Shown: positions 37,404 through 47,648 of the stretch, piece after piece
Position numbering within the stretch: position 1 is the first letter of the stretch
Layout: each line of letters opens with the position of its first letter
Assembly: GCA_963763775.1 (NCBI GenBank)
Contig: CAVXPZ010000001.1
Location: 832,001 to 896,000 of the forward strand
DNA length: 64,000 nucleotides
Direction: 5' to 3'
Source: an uncultured Chloroflexia bacterium
Lineage (GTDB): Bacteria > Chloroflexota > Limnocylindria > Limnocylindrales > CSP1-4
Notes under the pieces: model-generated
The model's database searches: none
What the model saw: only the letters and a program-made list of their open reading frames with translations
Told to the model about the DNA's origin: nothing
Position numbers and translations under genes: made by a program

Positions 37404-39284
37404 ATGTCGAAACGGCCGGCTCCGACCGCTAGCGTGAGCGGCATGCGTGCGGCTGGTGGATCCGGCGAGCAGCCGTCGACAGCCCCGGTGACCGGGACGC
37501 GTCGCAAGCGGGTGGGCCAGGTCGCGCTGGTCATCGCGGTCACACTGTTCGTGGTGACGCGCCTCGCGTTCCTTGATCGCGATGTCCCGCCCTGGAACCT
37601 GGCGGAGTACCAGCCGATCGACGAGTTCGGCTACACGATCCCGGCGCTCAACCTCCATCACTACGGGACCTGGACGCACCAGGAGGTCCCGTACGTGCCG
37701 CGTGAAGGCTCGCCGATGAACATCCTCGAAAGCCTCGTCACGGGCGCGACCCTGGACCTTGACTGGACGTACTGGGGTTTCCGCGCATCCTCGGTCCTCT
37801 TCGCGCTCGTCGCGTTCGCCGCGATGCTTGCGACCGTCCGCCAGCTGGTTCGGAGGGCACGCCGGGACCAGGTCGATCTGCCATTCGACCCGGATTGGAT
37901 CCTGGTCGGGGCTGGCCTCCTGCTGTTGGTCGACTTCTCCTTCCTCATCGCCGGTCGGATCGTCGAGGCGACGATCGCTCGCCTTGCGGTCGTCACGGTG
38001 CTGATCTGGTTGGTCGCCAGGGGCACCTTCCTGGGCCGCGAGCGTTCCTCCGCCAGGACGGTGGTCTTCGGATCCCTCGTCGGTGCCGCGGTCTGGTTCG
38101 TCTACGTCTACAACGCGTTCCTGATCCCAGGCGCAGTCCTCGCGGTGGCCCTGTGGGCGGCCCGGGGTGGCACCGGTCGTGACGTCCTTCGCCACGTGGC
38201 CCTGTCCCTTGCGGGGATCGCCGCGTCGACGCTCGCCTACTTCGCGGTCGTCTACCTCGTCTACGGCCACGGGCCCACCGAGTGGTATCAGACGTGGCTG
38301 GCCTTGTATCGGGAGAGCGGGCGGGCGGATTCGTTCGACCTGCCGGGGATCTGGACGGTCCTGGCCGGCAATATCTTCCGACTCGATCGACCGCTCATGG
38401 TCGTGACGTTGCTGGCCTTGCCGTCGTTCGTGTCATGGACACGTCGAACAGCGGACTCGATCGGGATCATCACCCTGTCCCTTGCGGCGACATTCCTGGC
38501 GCAGTGCGCCATCCAGTCGGACTATCCCGAGCGGAAGATGCTCCTCGTGATGGCCTTCGCCATGCCGATCGCGGCCGGCGGGATCCTCCGGCTCGGCGCG
38601 TGGACCGATCGGGTGGCCGCGCGTCGATGGCGAGCGATCTTCGCGGTCATCTGGACGGCAGGCATCGTGATCGGAACGCTGTTGCTGATCCTGCCCCCGA
38701 GCTTGACCCACTGGTCCGCCCTCGTTCGGCTCCTGCGCCTGCCGATCGCGAGCACGATCTCCTACCGGGAGGGACTTGGCGGCACCCTGATCGCGCTTGG
38801 CGCGATCGTGGGCACCGCCGCCGCCGTGACCCTGGTCGTTGCGTGGCGACGACGAGTCGCGGCTCGCGTCGCGGGCGTCGTCCTTCTGACGTCGATGCTG
38901 CTGCCCCTGATCTATCTCGACACGGTGCACGTCTTCACCAACGTCTCGACCACCTATCGAGACGCGATGGTCAAGGCGGGAGACACGGTCGATGGGCAAG
39001 TCACCGCCGGCGGCCTCTCGTTCGCGATGCAGCTCTACAACACCGGCCGACCCGTGCTCGAGGGATACCCGTACGGGATGTCGATGTCCGAATACCAAGC
39101 GGCGGTCGTGCGGTTCTTCCAGGAAGGCCGGGCGACGTCCCTCTTCTCCTACGCGGATGGCAGCGCGGCGGACCGATGGGCGACGCTTGGATTCCGCCTC
39201 GTCGAGAGGTACCCGATCGAGCTGCCGAAGGGTCAGACGATGGGACGGTACGTCTATGACCCACCGGCGGCCGGCGCCCCGTGA
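37404..39284 (+). CDS. Polytopic membrane protein, GT-C (ArnT/PMT-like) glycosyltransferase candidate; start uncertain
   Basis: First TM is followed by YQPIDEFGY (DE motif), then many TM helices and a soluble C-terminal domain. Confidence 0.55.
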   Translation: MSKRPAPTASVSGMRAAGGSGEQPSTAPVTGTRRKRVGQVALVIAVTLFVVTRLAFLDRDVPPWNLAEYQPIDEFGYTIPALNLHHYGTWTHQEVPYVPREGSPMNILESLVTGATLDLDWTYWGFRASSVLFALVAFAAMLATVRQLVRRARRDQVDLPFDPDWILVGAGLLLLVDFSFLIAGRIVEATIARLAVVTVLIWLVARGTFLGRERSSARTVVFGSLVGAAVWFVYVYNAFLIPGAVLAVALWAARGGTGRDVLRHVALSLAGIAASTLAYFAVVYLVYGHGPTEWYQTWLALYRESGRADSFDLPGIWTVLAGNIFRLDRPLMVVTLLALPSFVSWTRRTADSIGIITLSLAATFLAQCAIQSDYPERKMLLVMAFAMPIAAGGILRLGAWTDRVAARRWRAIFAVIWTAGIVIGTLLLILPPSLTHWSALVRLLRLPIASTISYREGLGGTLIALGAIVGTAAAVTLVVAWRRRVAARVAGVVLLTSMLLPLIYLDTVHVFTNVSTTYRDAMVKAGDTVDGQVTAGGLSFAMQLYNTGRPVLEGYPYGMSMSEYQAAVVRFFQEGRATSLFSYADGSAADRWATLGFRLVERYPIELPKGQTMGRYVYDPPAAGAP

Positions 39285-39313
39285 CGATGCGCGACACGTG
39301 GGAGGCTCCGGCC

Positions 39314-39535
39314 TCACTCGCCCGGCGGGCCAGCCTGCAGTCGATGGGCAAGCCAGGCGCCGAGGCGGCTCAGGACGCTCGGCGGCTCGGACTCCGGCAC
39401 GTGATCGTCCTCCGGCTCAGCTGGGACGTCGCGGTACTCGTCGCTCAGCGTCCGGGTGGGCGCCGCGATGAGGATATCCGGGCCAAGGAACGCCCCGGCA
39501 TTCCGCTCTTGGCGTCGGCGCCGCCGTCGATCCAT
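39314..39535 (-). CDS. Small hypothetical protein (73 aa)
   Basis: ATG after GGGGGAACGAGG, with a basic N-terminus and acidic middle. It fills the gap between convergent genes. Confidence 0.35.
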   Translation of the reverse strand: MDRRRRRRQERNAGAFLGPDILIAAPTRTLSDEYRDVPAEPEDDHVPESEPPSVLSRLGAWLAHRLQAGPPGE

Positions 39536-39648
39536 CGTCTGCCTCGTTCCCCCGGGTCGGTCGGCTCGATGCTGCGCCGACATGCACGTGGAGGCAAGGG
39601 CCGAATGGCGTCAGGTTCGGCTCCCATCGCGCACGCGCGACACGTGGG

Positions 39649-40428
39649 TCAGCCGCGCTTGCGCGCCTTCCAGACCTCTTCGCTGGGCCAGCGGTTCGCC
39701 CACGCCGCCGTCACGAACGGGTAGTCGGTCGTCGCCTCGGGCGGTGCCTGGAGCTCGATCAGGTCCTCCACCTCGAACCCGTTCTCGTGGAGCAGTCGGA
39801 TCCACGACCCGTAGCTGAGGAAGAAGTTCGTGCTCCCGTCGGACCAGTCCTTGCGGTGGATGCCGAAGGACGGCCGCAGAAGCTCGTGCGTGGCCGGGAC
39901 GTCGTCCTCCTCCTTCATGCACAGCGCCAGGATCAGCCCGTTGACGAGGAAGACCAGCTCGCCGCCCGGACGGAGGAGGCGCGACGCCTCGGGGATCCAG
40001 CGGTACGGGTCGGCCCAGATGCTGGCGCCGTACTCGCTGATCGCGAGGTCGAAGCTCGAGTCCGGGTACGGCACAGCCTCGGCGTTGCCGAACAGGATCG
40101 GGAAGTCGATGCCGTGCTCGACCTGCAAGCGGCGAGCGGTCGCGATCTGCGCCTCCGAGTTGTCGATGCCCACCGGCCGCGCGCCGCGTCGCGCGAGCCA
40201 CGCGGACACATACCCGGTGCCGCAGCCGAGCTCGATGGTGTCGCGGCCGTCGAGATCGTCCGGCAGCAGCCGCAACGACACTTCGGGGATGTTCCAGATG
40301 CCCCAGGTCTCCTCGCCGGGCGCGAGCCGCCACGCTCGCTCACCCGGGCCGACGAACTCGGCCGCCCATTCGTCCCACGAGGTCCGGTTCCGCTGGACGT
40401 GGTCAGGCAGATCGGCCCCGTCGGTCAC
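39649..40428 (-). CDS. Class I SAM-dependent methyltransferase
   Basis: IELGCGTG, GIDNS, SFDLAISEYGA and RLLRPGG; the GTG overlaps the ALDH stop. Confidence 0.9.
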   Translation of the reverse strand: MTDGADLPDHVQRNRTSWDEWAAEFVGPGERAWRLAPGEETWGIWNIPEVSLRLLPDDLDGRDTIELGCGTGYVSAWLARRGARPVGIDNSEAQIATARRLQVEHGIDFPILFGNAEAVPYPDSSFDLAISEYGASIWADPYRWIPEASRLLRPGGELVFLVNGLILALCMKEEDDVPATHELLRPSFGIHRKDWSDGSTNFFLSYGSWIRLLHENGFEVEDLIELQAPPEATTDYPFVTAAWANRWPSEEVWKARKRG

Positions 40429-41933
40429 GTCGGCTGGTTGTCGATCTGGGCGCGCTGCAACCGGCCGCTGAAGTCGACGTAGATCGACTTCCACTCGGTG
40501 AACGTGTCGAGGGCCGCGTGCCCGGCCTCGCGGTGCCCGTTGCCGGTCTGCTTCCACCCGCCGAACGGCAGGTGGGTCTCGGCGCCGGTCGTGCCGGCGT
40601 TCACGTAGACGATGCCGGTCTCGAAGTCGCGCATCGCGCGGAACGCCTGGTTCACGTCACGTGTGAAGATGCTCGACGAGAGCCCGTAGGCGGTCTGGTT
40701 CAGGGCGAGCATGGCCTCGCCGTAGTCGGCGACCGGGATGACCGAGAGGACCGGCCCGAAGATCTCCTCCTGCCCGATGCGGTCCATCGGACCCACGCCG
40801 GCGAAGATCGTCGGCTCGAAGAAGTGGCCGTTGGCCAGGTCGCCGGACGTCGCCCGGCCGCCGCCGACCACGAGCTCGCCCTCGCCCCGGCCGATCCCGA
40901 CGTACGACTCGACCTTGTCCACGGCGCCGCCATTGATGAGCGGGCCGACGTCGGTGGCGTCGTCCAGGCCCGACCCGAGGCGCAACGTCCGTGCCCGCGT
41001 CTCGAGCCGCTGCACCAGCGCATCCGCGACGGACCGCTCGACGATGACGCGCGAACACGCCGTGCAGCGTTGTCCGGTCGTCCCGAACGCCGACCAGAGG
41101 ATCCCGTCGGTGGCGAGGTCCAGGTCGGCGTCGGCCAGGACGACGACCCCGTTCTTGCCGCCGAGCTCCATCGCGAGGCGCTTGAGGCGCGCGCCGGCCT
41201 TGACCGCGATCGCCTTGCCGGTGGCGGAGCTGCCGGTGAACGAGATCACGTGGACGTCCGGGCTCTCGACGATCGCGTCGCCCACCTCGCCGCCGGTCCC
41301 GGTCACGAGGTTGACGACGCCCGCGGGCACGCCGGCCTCGGCCATGAGCTCGACGAGCAGCGTCGCGCAGTGCGGCGTGTCGCTCGCGGGCTTGAACACC
41401 ACGGTGTTCCCCGTCACGAGCGCCGGCATGATCTTCCAGCACGGGATCGCCATCGGAAAGTTCCAGGGCGTGATGATCCCGGCGATGCCGATCGGCTGGC
41501 GGATGCTCATCGCCCACTTGTCGGGCAGCTCCGACGGCGTCGTGTCGCCGAACATCCGACGGCCCTCCCCCGCCATCAGGAAGGCGATGTCGATGCCCTC
41601 CTGCACGTCGCCGCGCGCCTCGGATAGCACCTTGCCCATCTCACGGGTCATCGCCCGGGCGAGGCGCTCCTTGTGCTGCGCCATCAGCGCGCCGAAGGCG
41701 TAGAGGATCTCGCCACGCTTCGGGGCCGGCGTCCGGCGCCACATCGGGAGGGCGGTCTCGGCCGCCTTGATCGCCATCGCGACGTCGGCCTTCGTCCCCT
41801 GCTGGAACTGCCCGACGATGTCGCGCGTGTCCGCCGGGTTGCGGCTCTCGAAGGTCTGCCCGCTGGTGGAGTCGCACCACTGCCCGGCGATGAAGTGGCG
41901 GTAGGTCGGGGTCTCGGCGGTCGTCTCGGTCAT
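40425..41933 (-). CDS. Aldehyde dehydrogenase family protein
   Basis: ITPWNFP, FTGS, MELGGKN, GQRCTA, QEEIFGP and PFGGWK. Confidence 0.95.
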   Translation of the reverse strand: MTETTAETPTYRHFIAGQWCDSTSGQTFESRNPADTRDIVGQFQQGTKADVAMAIKAAETALPMWRRTPAPKRGEILYAFGALMAQHKERLARAMTREMGKVLSEARGDVQEGIDIAFLMAGEGRRMFGDTTPSELPDKWAMSIRQPIGIAGIITPWNFPMAIPCWKIMPALVTGNTVVFKPASDTPHCATLLVELMAEAGVPAGVVNLVTGTGGEVGDAIVESPDVHVISFTGSSATGKAIAVKAGARLKRLAMELGGKNGVVVLADADLDLATDGILWSAFGTTGQRCTACSRVIVERSVADALVQRLETRARTLRLGSGLDDATDVGPLINGGAVDKVESYVGIGRGEGELVVGGGRATSGDLANGHFFEPTIFAGVGPMDRIGQEEIFGPVLSVIPVADYGEAMLALNQTAYGLSSSIFTRDVNQAFRAMRDFETGIVYVNAGTTGAETHLPFGGWKQTGNGHREAGHAALDTFTEWKSIYVDFSGRLQRAQIDNQPT

Positions 41934-44278
41934 GCCGGGGAGTGTACGGCGCCGCCCTCGGCCTCGGTCCCGGTCGGGGCCGGATCGGCATCCTCGACCG
42001 TCGCGTCGGTCGCGCCGTCCGGGGCGTCGTCGACGTCGCCCTCGATCGTGACGCGCGGCAGCCACTCGAGCCATGACGGCAGCCACCAGTTCCGGTCGCC
42101 GAGGAGGCGCATCGTGGCCGGGAGCAGGATGCTGCGCACGATGGTGGCGTCGAGGAACACCGCGACCGCCAGCCCGAACCCGAGCTGCTTGATGATGACG
42201 AGCTCGAGGGTCACGAAGACGCTGAAGACCACGACCATGATCGCGGCCGCGCTCGTGATGGTCCCCGAGGTGATGGAGATGCCCCGGGCGACCGCCTCGT
42301 TCGACGACAGGCCGTGGTCGCGGGCCTCCTTGATGCGGGTGAGGATGAACACGTGGTAGTCCATCGAGAGGCCGAACAGGATCGTGAAGATGAAGACCGG
42401 GACGAACGCCTCGATCGGACCCGGCTTGAACCCGAGCAGCTCGGCGCCGTGCCCGTCCTGGAAGACGAGGACCAGCAGACCGAACGCCGCGCCGGTCGAG
42501 AGCAGGTTCAGGAGGATCGCCTTGATCGGGATGACCAGTGACCGGAAGGCGACGAGCAGCAGCAGGAACGAGAGGCCGAGCACGAAGGCCATCACCATCG
42601 GCATGCCGTTCGCGTAGAAGTCGACCGTGTCGAGGGTGAACGCGACGTCGCCCGTGACGTAGCCGGCGACGCCGGGGACCGCCCCGACGGTCGCGGGGAT
42701 CACGTCCCGGCGGACCTCGCGCACGATCGCGCGGTTCGACTCGTCGTTCTGGCCGCCGGCCATGACGTACGAGACCAGCGCGACCGTGCCGTCCTTGGAC
42801 ATCGTGGTCTCGGCCGGCGGGTGGACGCCGTCGATGGCGAGGATCCGCTTCGACATCTCCTCGATCGCGGCCTTGGTCGGCGCTTCGTCGGCCTTGGTGA
42901 CGACGACCTGCAGGGCGAGGGTCGAGCCCTGCGGCCATTTCTCGTTGAGCAGGTTCACGCCCTGGACGGCGTCGATCCGGTCGGGGAACGAGGCGAAGTC
43001 CGACTGGCCCATGTGCAGGCGCAAGGCCGGGACGGCCATCACGAGCAGCAGGCCGGCCGCGGCGACGAACGCGATGACCGGGCGGCGCATGACGGCTCGC
43101 ACGACGACGGCCCACAGGCCGCTGCCCTCGGGTCGCGGCCGGCCGATGTACGGCACGCGGAGGCGGTTCACGCCGTCGCCGAGGATCGCCAGCGTGGCCG
43201 GGAGGAACGTCAGCGACCCGATGACCGCGATGAGCACGACCGCGATGGTCCCGACGGCCATCGAGCGGAAGAGCACGTCATCGAGCAGGAACAGGCCGCC
43301 GATCGAGAACATCACCGCGAGCCCGGAGAAGAACACGGCCCGCCCGGCGGTGGCCGAGGCGACCCGGATCGCGTCGGGCTTCGCGCGGCCGTGGCGCCGT
43401 TCGGTGCGGAACCGCGTGATCATGAACAGGGAGTAGTCGACCGCCACGGCCAGCCCGATGAGCACGACCAGCTGGGTGGCGTAGGCGCTGACCGGCGCCA
43501 CGACCTGGCTGTAGAGGCCCAGGATCCCGAATGCCGCCAGCAGGGCCGTGATCGCCAGGACGAGCGGCACCACCGCAGCGACGACGGCCCCGAACGCGAT
43601 CAGCAGGATCAGGAACGTCAGCGGGATCGTGAGGCGCAGCGACGCGTCGAGACCGCCGTTGACGAGCTCCTGGATGTCCTGGTTGGCCAGGACGCCGTCG
43701 AGGGAGTGGATCGCCAGCTCGGGGTGGGCGGCCCGCAGCGCGACGAGGAGGGCCGGCACGGGTCCCAGGTGCTGCTTGACGACGTCGCCCTCGCCGCGGA
43801 TCTCGGCGGGGATGCGGACCGTCGTCCGGTCCGGAGAGATCAGGCCGGCCTCGGCCGGGGCGAGGCGCGGGTCGACGACCTGGTCGAAGGTGGCGACCGT
43901 CGCGCCGTCGACGGTGGAGGTCTGTGCTTTCAGCTTCGCGAGGATGTCATCCAGGGCGGCGCCGAACGCGGGGTCGTCGAGCGTGCCGGTGCTGCTGTTG
44001 ACGAGGAACAGCGTCTGATGGGCCGTCTCGGCCGTCCCCGAGGCGTTGAACACGTCGTAGGCCTTGGACGACTCGAACGCGGTCTCCTGCCGGCCATTGG
44101 AGGCCACCGCATCAGCGGTCTTCGACCCGCCGAGGGCGAGGTTGGTCGCGAACAGCCCGATCGTGAGGACGAACCAGAGCGCGGCGACGGGCCAGCGGTG
44201 TCGGGCGCTCCACGAGGCCACCCGGACGGTCCACGGTTCGCCCCGGGTCTTCGACTGGGCCTTCGACGACTCGGCCAT
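41930..44278 (-). CDS. MMPL-family (RND) transporter
   Basis: GLAVAVDYSLFMITRFR and FGLSMDYHVFILTRIKE in two pseudo-repeats; ends LLGDRNWWLP. Confidence 0.93.
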   Translation of the reverse strand: MAESSKAQSKTRGEPWTVRVASWSARHRWPVAALWFVLTIGLFATNLALGGSKTADAVASNGRQETAFESSKAYDVFNASGTAETAHQTLFLVNSSTGTLDDPAFGAALDDILAKLKAQTSTVDGATVATFDQVVDPRLAPAEAGLISPDRTTVRIPAEIRGEGDVVKQHLGPVPALLVALRAAHPELAIHSLDGVLANQDIQELVNGGLDASLRLTIPLTFLILLIAFGAVVAAVVPLVLAITALLAAFGILGLYSQVVAPVSAYATQLVVLIGLAVAVDYSLFMITRFRTERRHGRAKPDAIRVASATAGRAVFFSGLAVMFSIGGLFLLDDVLFRSMAVGTIAVVLIAVIGSLTFLPATLAILGDGVNRLRVPYIGRPRPEGSGLWAVVVRAVMRRPVIAFVAAAGLLLVMAVPALRLHMGQSDFASFPDRIDAVQGVNLLNEKWPQGSTLALQVVVTKADEAPTKAAIEEMSKRILAIDGVHPPAETTMSKDGTVALVSYVMAGGQNDESNRAIVREVRRDVIPATVGAVPGVAGYVTGDVAFTLDTVDFYANGMPMVMAFVLGLSFLLLLVAFRSLVIPIKAILLNLLSTGAAFGLLVLVFQDGHGAELLGFKPGPIEAFVPVFIFTILFGLSMDYHVFILTRIKEARDHGLSSNEAVARGISITSGTITSAAAIMVVVFSVFVTLELVIIKQLGFGLAVAVFLDATIVRSILLPATMRLLGDRNWWLPSWLEWLPRVTIEGDVDDAPDGATDATVEDADPAPTGTEAEGGAVHSPA

Positions 44279-44279
44279 G

Positions 44280-45521
44280 TCAGACGCGTTCCACGGCCAT
44301 GGCGACCGATCCGCCCCCGCCGAGGCACAACGTCGCGAGGCCGTAGCGGCCGTCGCGGCGGGCCAGCTCGTGGAGCAGCGTGGCGACGATCCGGGCGCCG
44401 CTCGCCCCGATCGGATGCCCGAGCGCGATCGCCCCGCCGTTCACGTTGACCTTGTCCCAGTCGAACCCGAGCGCCCGCCCGTCGGCAAGCGTCTGGGCGG
44501 CAAATGCCTCGTTGATCTCGATGAGGTCGAAGGCCTCGATCGGGAGTTCGATGCGGTCGAGCAGGCGGCGGACGCCCTCGATCGGGGCGAGGAACAGCCA
44601 CTTGGGCGCCACCTCGGCCTGGGCGTAGCCGACGATCCGCGCCAGCGGCCGAAGGCCGAGCCGCTCGACCGCCCGTTCGCTCGCCACCACGGTCGCCGCG
44701 GCGCCGTCCGTGATCCCCGGCGCGTTCCCGGCGGTCACCGTCCCGATCGTGGCCGAGCCGCGGTCCTCGCCGTCGGGCAGCGCGAATGCGGGCTTGAGCC
44801 GCGCGAGCGCCTCGAGGGTCGAGTCGCGGCGGGGTCCCTCGTCGACCGAGACCACGGTCTCGCGGCCCTTCGCGTCCCGGACGGTCACCGGCGCCATCTC
44901 GGCATCGAAGCGTCCGGCATCGATGGCCGCGATCGCCCGCTCGTGGCTGGCGAGCGCGAAGGCATCCTGGTCCTCGCGGCTCACGGCCTCCTTGATCGCC
45001 ACCCGCTCGGCGTGCGTGCCCATGTGGCAGTCCTCGATGGCGCACCAGAGGCCGTCGTGCACGGTGGCGTCGATCAGCTCGCCGTTGCCGAGGCGCAGCC
45101 CGAACCTCGCCCCCGGCAGGAGGTACGGCGCCTGGTTCATCGATTCCATGCCGCCCGCGACGACCATCTCGGCGTCACCGGCCCGGATCTCCGCCGCCGC
45201 GAGCATGATCGCCTTGAGGCCCGAGCCGCAGACGCGGTTGATGGTCGTGGCGCTGGTGCCGTCCGGGAGGCCGGCGCGGAGCAGGGCCTGTCGGGCGGGC
45301 GCCTGTCCGACGCCGGCCTGGAGCACCTGGCCCATCAGGACCTCGTCGAACGCGGCGGTCGACGGGTCGAGACCGGCGCGATCGACGGCCGCGCGGATCG
45401 CGACGCCGCCCAGCTCGGTGGCCGGGACCGTGCTCAGCGCCCCGCCGAACCGGCCGATCGGCGTCCGGGCGGCGCTGACGAGGTAGACGTGGCCGTTCGG
45501 GCCGCTGGGAGCGTCGGTCAT
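44280..45521 (-). CDS. Acetyl-CoA C-acetyltransferase (thiolase)
   Basis: TINRVCGSG, EINEAFA, GHPIGASG and LCLGGG. Confidence 0.95.
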   Translation of the reverse strand: MTDAPSGPNGHVYLVSAARTPIGRFGGALSTVPATELGGVAIRAAVDRAGLDPSTAAFDEVLMGQVLQAGVGQAPARQALLRAGLPDGTSATTINRVCGSGLKAIMLAAAEIRAGDAEMVVAGGMESMNQAPYLLPGARFGLRLGNGELIDATVHDGLWCAIEDCHMGTHAERVAIKEAVSREDQDAFALASHERAIAAIDAGRFDAEMAPVTVRDAKGRETVVSVDEGPRRDSTLEALARLKPAFALPDGEDRGSATIGTVTAGNAPGITDGAAATVVASERAVERLGLRPLARIVGYAQAEVAPKWLFLAPIEGVRRLLDRIELPIEAFDLIEINEAFAAQTLADGRALGFDWDKVNVNGGAIALGHPIGASGARIVATLLHELARRDGRYGLATLCLGGGGSVAMAVERV

Positions 45522-45579
45522 CGGCCGAATCTACACGGCCTCGGCCGTCGGCGGCCGCGGACCGGTCGCCGCGAGGTCC

Positions 45580-46449
45580 TCAGCGAGGCGGCCGCGGGTA
45601 CGTGTAGAAGCCCTGGCCGGTCTTCTGGCCGAGGTGGCCGGCCTTCACCAGCTCCTGCAGCACGCGCGGCGGATGGACGTGCTCGAGGGCCAGGCCGTCC
45701 TCGAGGACGCGCATGATCTGGAGGCACACGTCGAGGCCGATGAAGTCCGCGAGCTCGAGCGGCCCCATCGGATGGTTGAGCCCGACCCGGGCGCCGGCAT
45801 CGATGTCCTCGGCGGTCCCGACGCCCTGCTCGAAGGTCCGCATCGACTCGGCGAGGTAGGGCATCAGGATCCGGTTGACGATGAACCCGGGGCGATCCTC
45901 GGACACGATGACCTGCTTGCCGAGCTCCGCGGACAGGTCGCGGATCGCGGCGACCGTCTCCTCGGTCGTCACGGGCGTCCGGATCAGCTCCACGAGCGGC
46001 ATCACGGGCACCGGGCTGAAGAAGTGCATGCCAACGAACCGGCTGCGGCGATCCGCGCTGACCGCCTCCGCGAGGCGGTGGATCGCGATCGAGCTCGTGT
46101 TCGAGGCGAAGATGGCGCTCGCTGGGGCGTGCCGATCCAGCTCGCGCCAGAGGTCGCGCTTGACGTCGAGGTCCTCGAAGACCGCCTCGATCGCGAGGTC
46201 GGCGGTCCCGACGGCGGCCAGGTCCGCGGTCGCGGTCACCCGCGCGAGGGTCGCCTCGCGGTCGTCGGCCGCCAGCTTGCCCTTCGTCACCGCCCGGTCG
46301 AGGTTGCCGGCGATGCGGTCGCGCCCGGCCTCGGCCCGGGCGATGTCCGGCTCGTACAGCACCACGGTCTTGCCGATCGCGGCATGGACCTGCGCGATGC
46401 CGTGGCCCATGAGGCCCGCGCCCGCGACGAAGACCCGCTCGATGGTCAT
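45580..46449 (-). CDS. hbd: 3-hydroxybutyryl-CoA / 3-hydroxyacyl-CoA dehydrogenase
   Basis: GAGLMGHGIA, ASNTSS, GMHFFSPVP, PGFIVNR and HPMGPLELADFIGLD. Confidence 0.93.
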   Translation of the reverse strand: MTIERVFVAGAGLMGHGIAQVHAAIGKTVVLYEPDIARAEAGRDRIAGNLDRAVTKGKLAADDREATLARVTATADLAAVGTADLAIEAVFEDLDVKRDLWRELDRHAPASAIFASNTSSIAIHRLAEAVSADRRSRFVGMHFFSPVPVMPLVELIRTPVTTEETVAAIRDLSAELGKQVIVSEDRPGFIVNRILMPYLAESMRTFEQGVGTAEDIDAGARVGLNHPMGPLELADFIGLDVCLQIMRVLEDGLALEHVHPPRVLQELVKAGHLGQKTGQGFYTYPRPPR

Positions 46450-47648
46450 GTCGGCAGCCTACCGCCTGAGGCCAGCGACGGCCGGGCGACGGCGTCGCGG
46501 CGGACGAACAGCAGCACGGCCCCGAGGAGCGCCACCCCCGCCGAGAGGCCGAAGGCGACGGCGAAGCCGCTCACACCGACGACCAGGCCGAGCAGGGCCG
46601 GCGACAGGCCGAACGACAGGTCGAGGAACGCACTGGCCGTGCCCACCACCGAACCGCGCTCGGTCTCGTCCACCCTCGAGACGGCGAGCGACATCAGTCC
46701 GGGGAACATGAACGCGACCCCACAGGCGAACACGGCGGTGCCCGCGAGCAGGCCGGCGGGCTCGCCGGCCACCGCGATGACGGCAAGCCCGATCGCGGTC
46801 ACGACCAGCGCGGCCCCGGACAACCGCGCCGCGCCCATCTGGTCGGGAAGCTTCGCGAACACGATCCGCAGGACGACCACGATGAGCGCGTACAGGGCCA
46901 GCGCGGAGCTCGCGCCGTCCATCCCGATATCGGTGGCGTGGAGCGGGATGAAGGCGAAGAACCCAGCCATGCCCCAGGCGCCGGTCAGGATCAGGAACCC
47001 CGGGAAGACGCCGGCCGGATGGATGAGCCGCGCCCTGGGTCGCGGGCCGCCGGGGGCGTGCGGCGCCACCACGGTCGGCGCGGTCTCCGGCACGAACCAG
47101 GTCAGGATCGTGGCGACGGTGGCAAGACCGGCCGCGGCGACCCAGACCGCTGCGTAACCCCAGGACGACAGGATCGACTCGCCGACGATCGGTCCGATCC
47201 CGAGGCCGAGGTAGACCGACAGCGACCCGAGGTTGATCGCCTCGCCCCGACGCTCCTCGGGCGCCAGGTCGCTGATCGCCGCGAGCGCCGCGACGAAGAA
47301 GAACGCCTCCGCGATCCCGAAGATCGACCGGACGATGACGAACATGGGCAGCGACGTCACGACCAGGTGCAACGCCAGCGCCGCGATCGTCAGAAGGCCG
47401 CCGCCGAGGAGGAGTGGCCGGCGACCGAACCGGTCCGACGCCCAGCCGACCACCGGCCGCATCACGAGCGCCGCGATGGAGAACGCTCCGATGGCCACGC
47501 CGACCCCGATCGCGTCGGCGCCGAGCGGACCCGCCGCGAACCGCGACGCGACAGGGAGCACCGTGCTGCCCGCCGTGAAGAACGCGAGCGCGGCCACGAA
47601 GAGGGCGACGAACGCCGGGGTCAGCAGCCGGGTCGGCGCAGCGCTCAA
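46446..47648 (-). CDS. MFS transporter
   Basis: About 12 TM helices and motif A GWASDRFGRR. Confidence 0.92.
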   Translation of the reverse strand: MSAAPTRLLTPAFVALFVAALAFFTAGSTVLPVASRFAAGPLGADAIGVGVAIGAFSIAALVMRPVVGWASDRFGRRPLLLGGGLLTIAALALHLVVTSLPMFVIVRSIFGIAEAFFFVAALAAISDLAPEERRGEAINLGSLSVYLGLGIGPIVGESILSSWGYAAVWVAAAGLATVATILTWFVPETAPTVVAPHAPGGPRPRARLIHPAGVFPGFLILTGAWGMAGFFAFIPLHATDIGMDGASSALALYALIVVVLRIVFAKLPDQMGAARLSGAALVVTAIGLAVIAVAGEPAGLLAGTAVFACGVAFMFPGLMSLAVSRVDETERGSVVGTASAFLDLSFGLSPALLGLVVGVSGFAVAFGLSAGVALLGAVLLFVRRDAVARPSLASGGRLPT

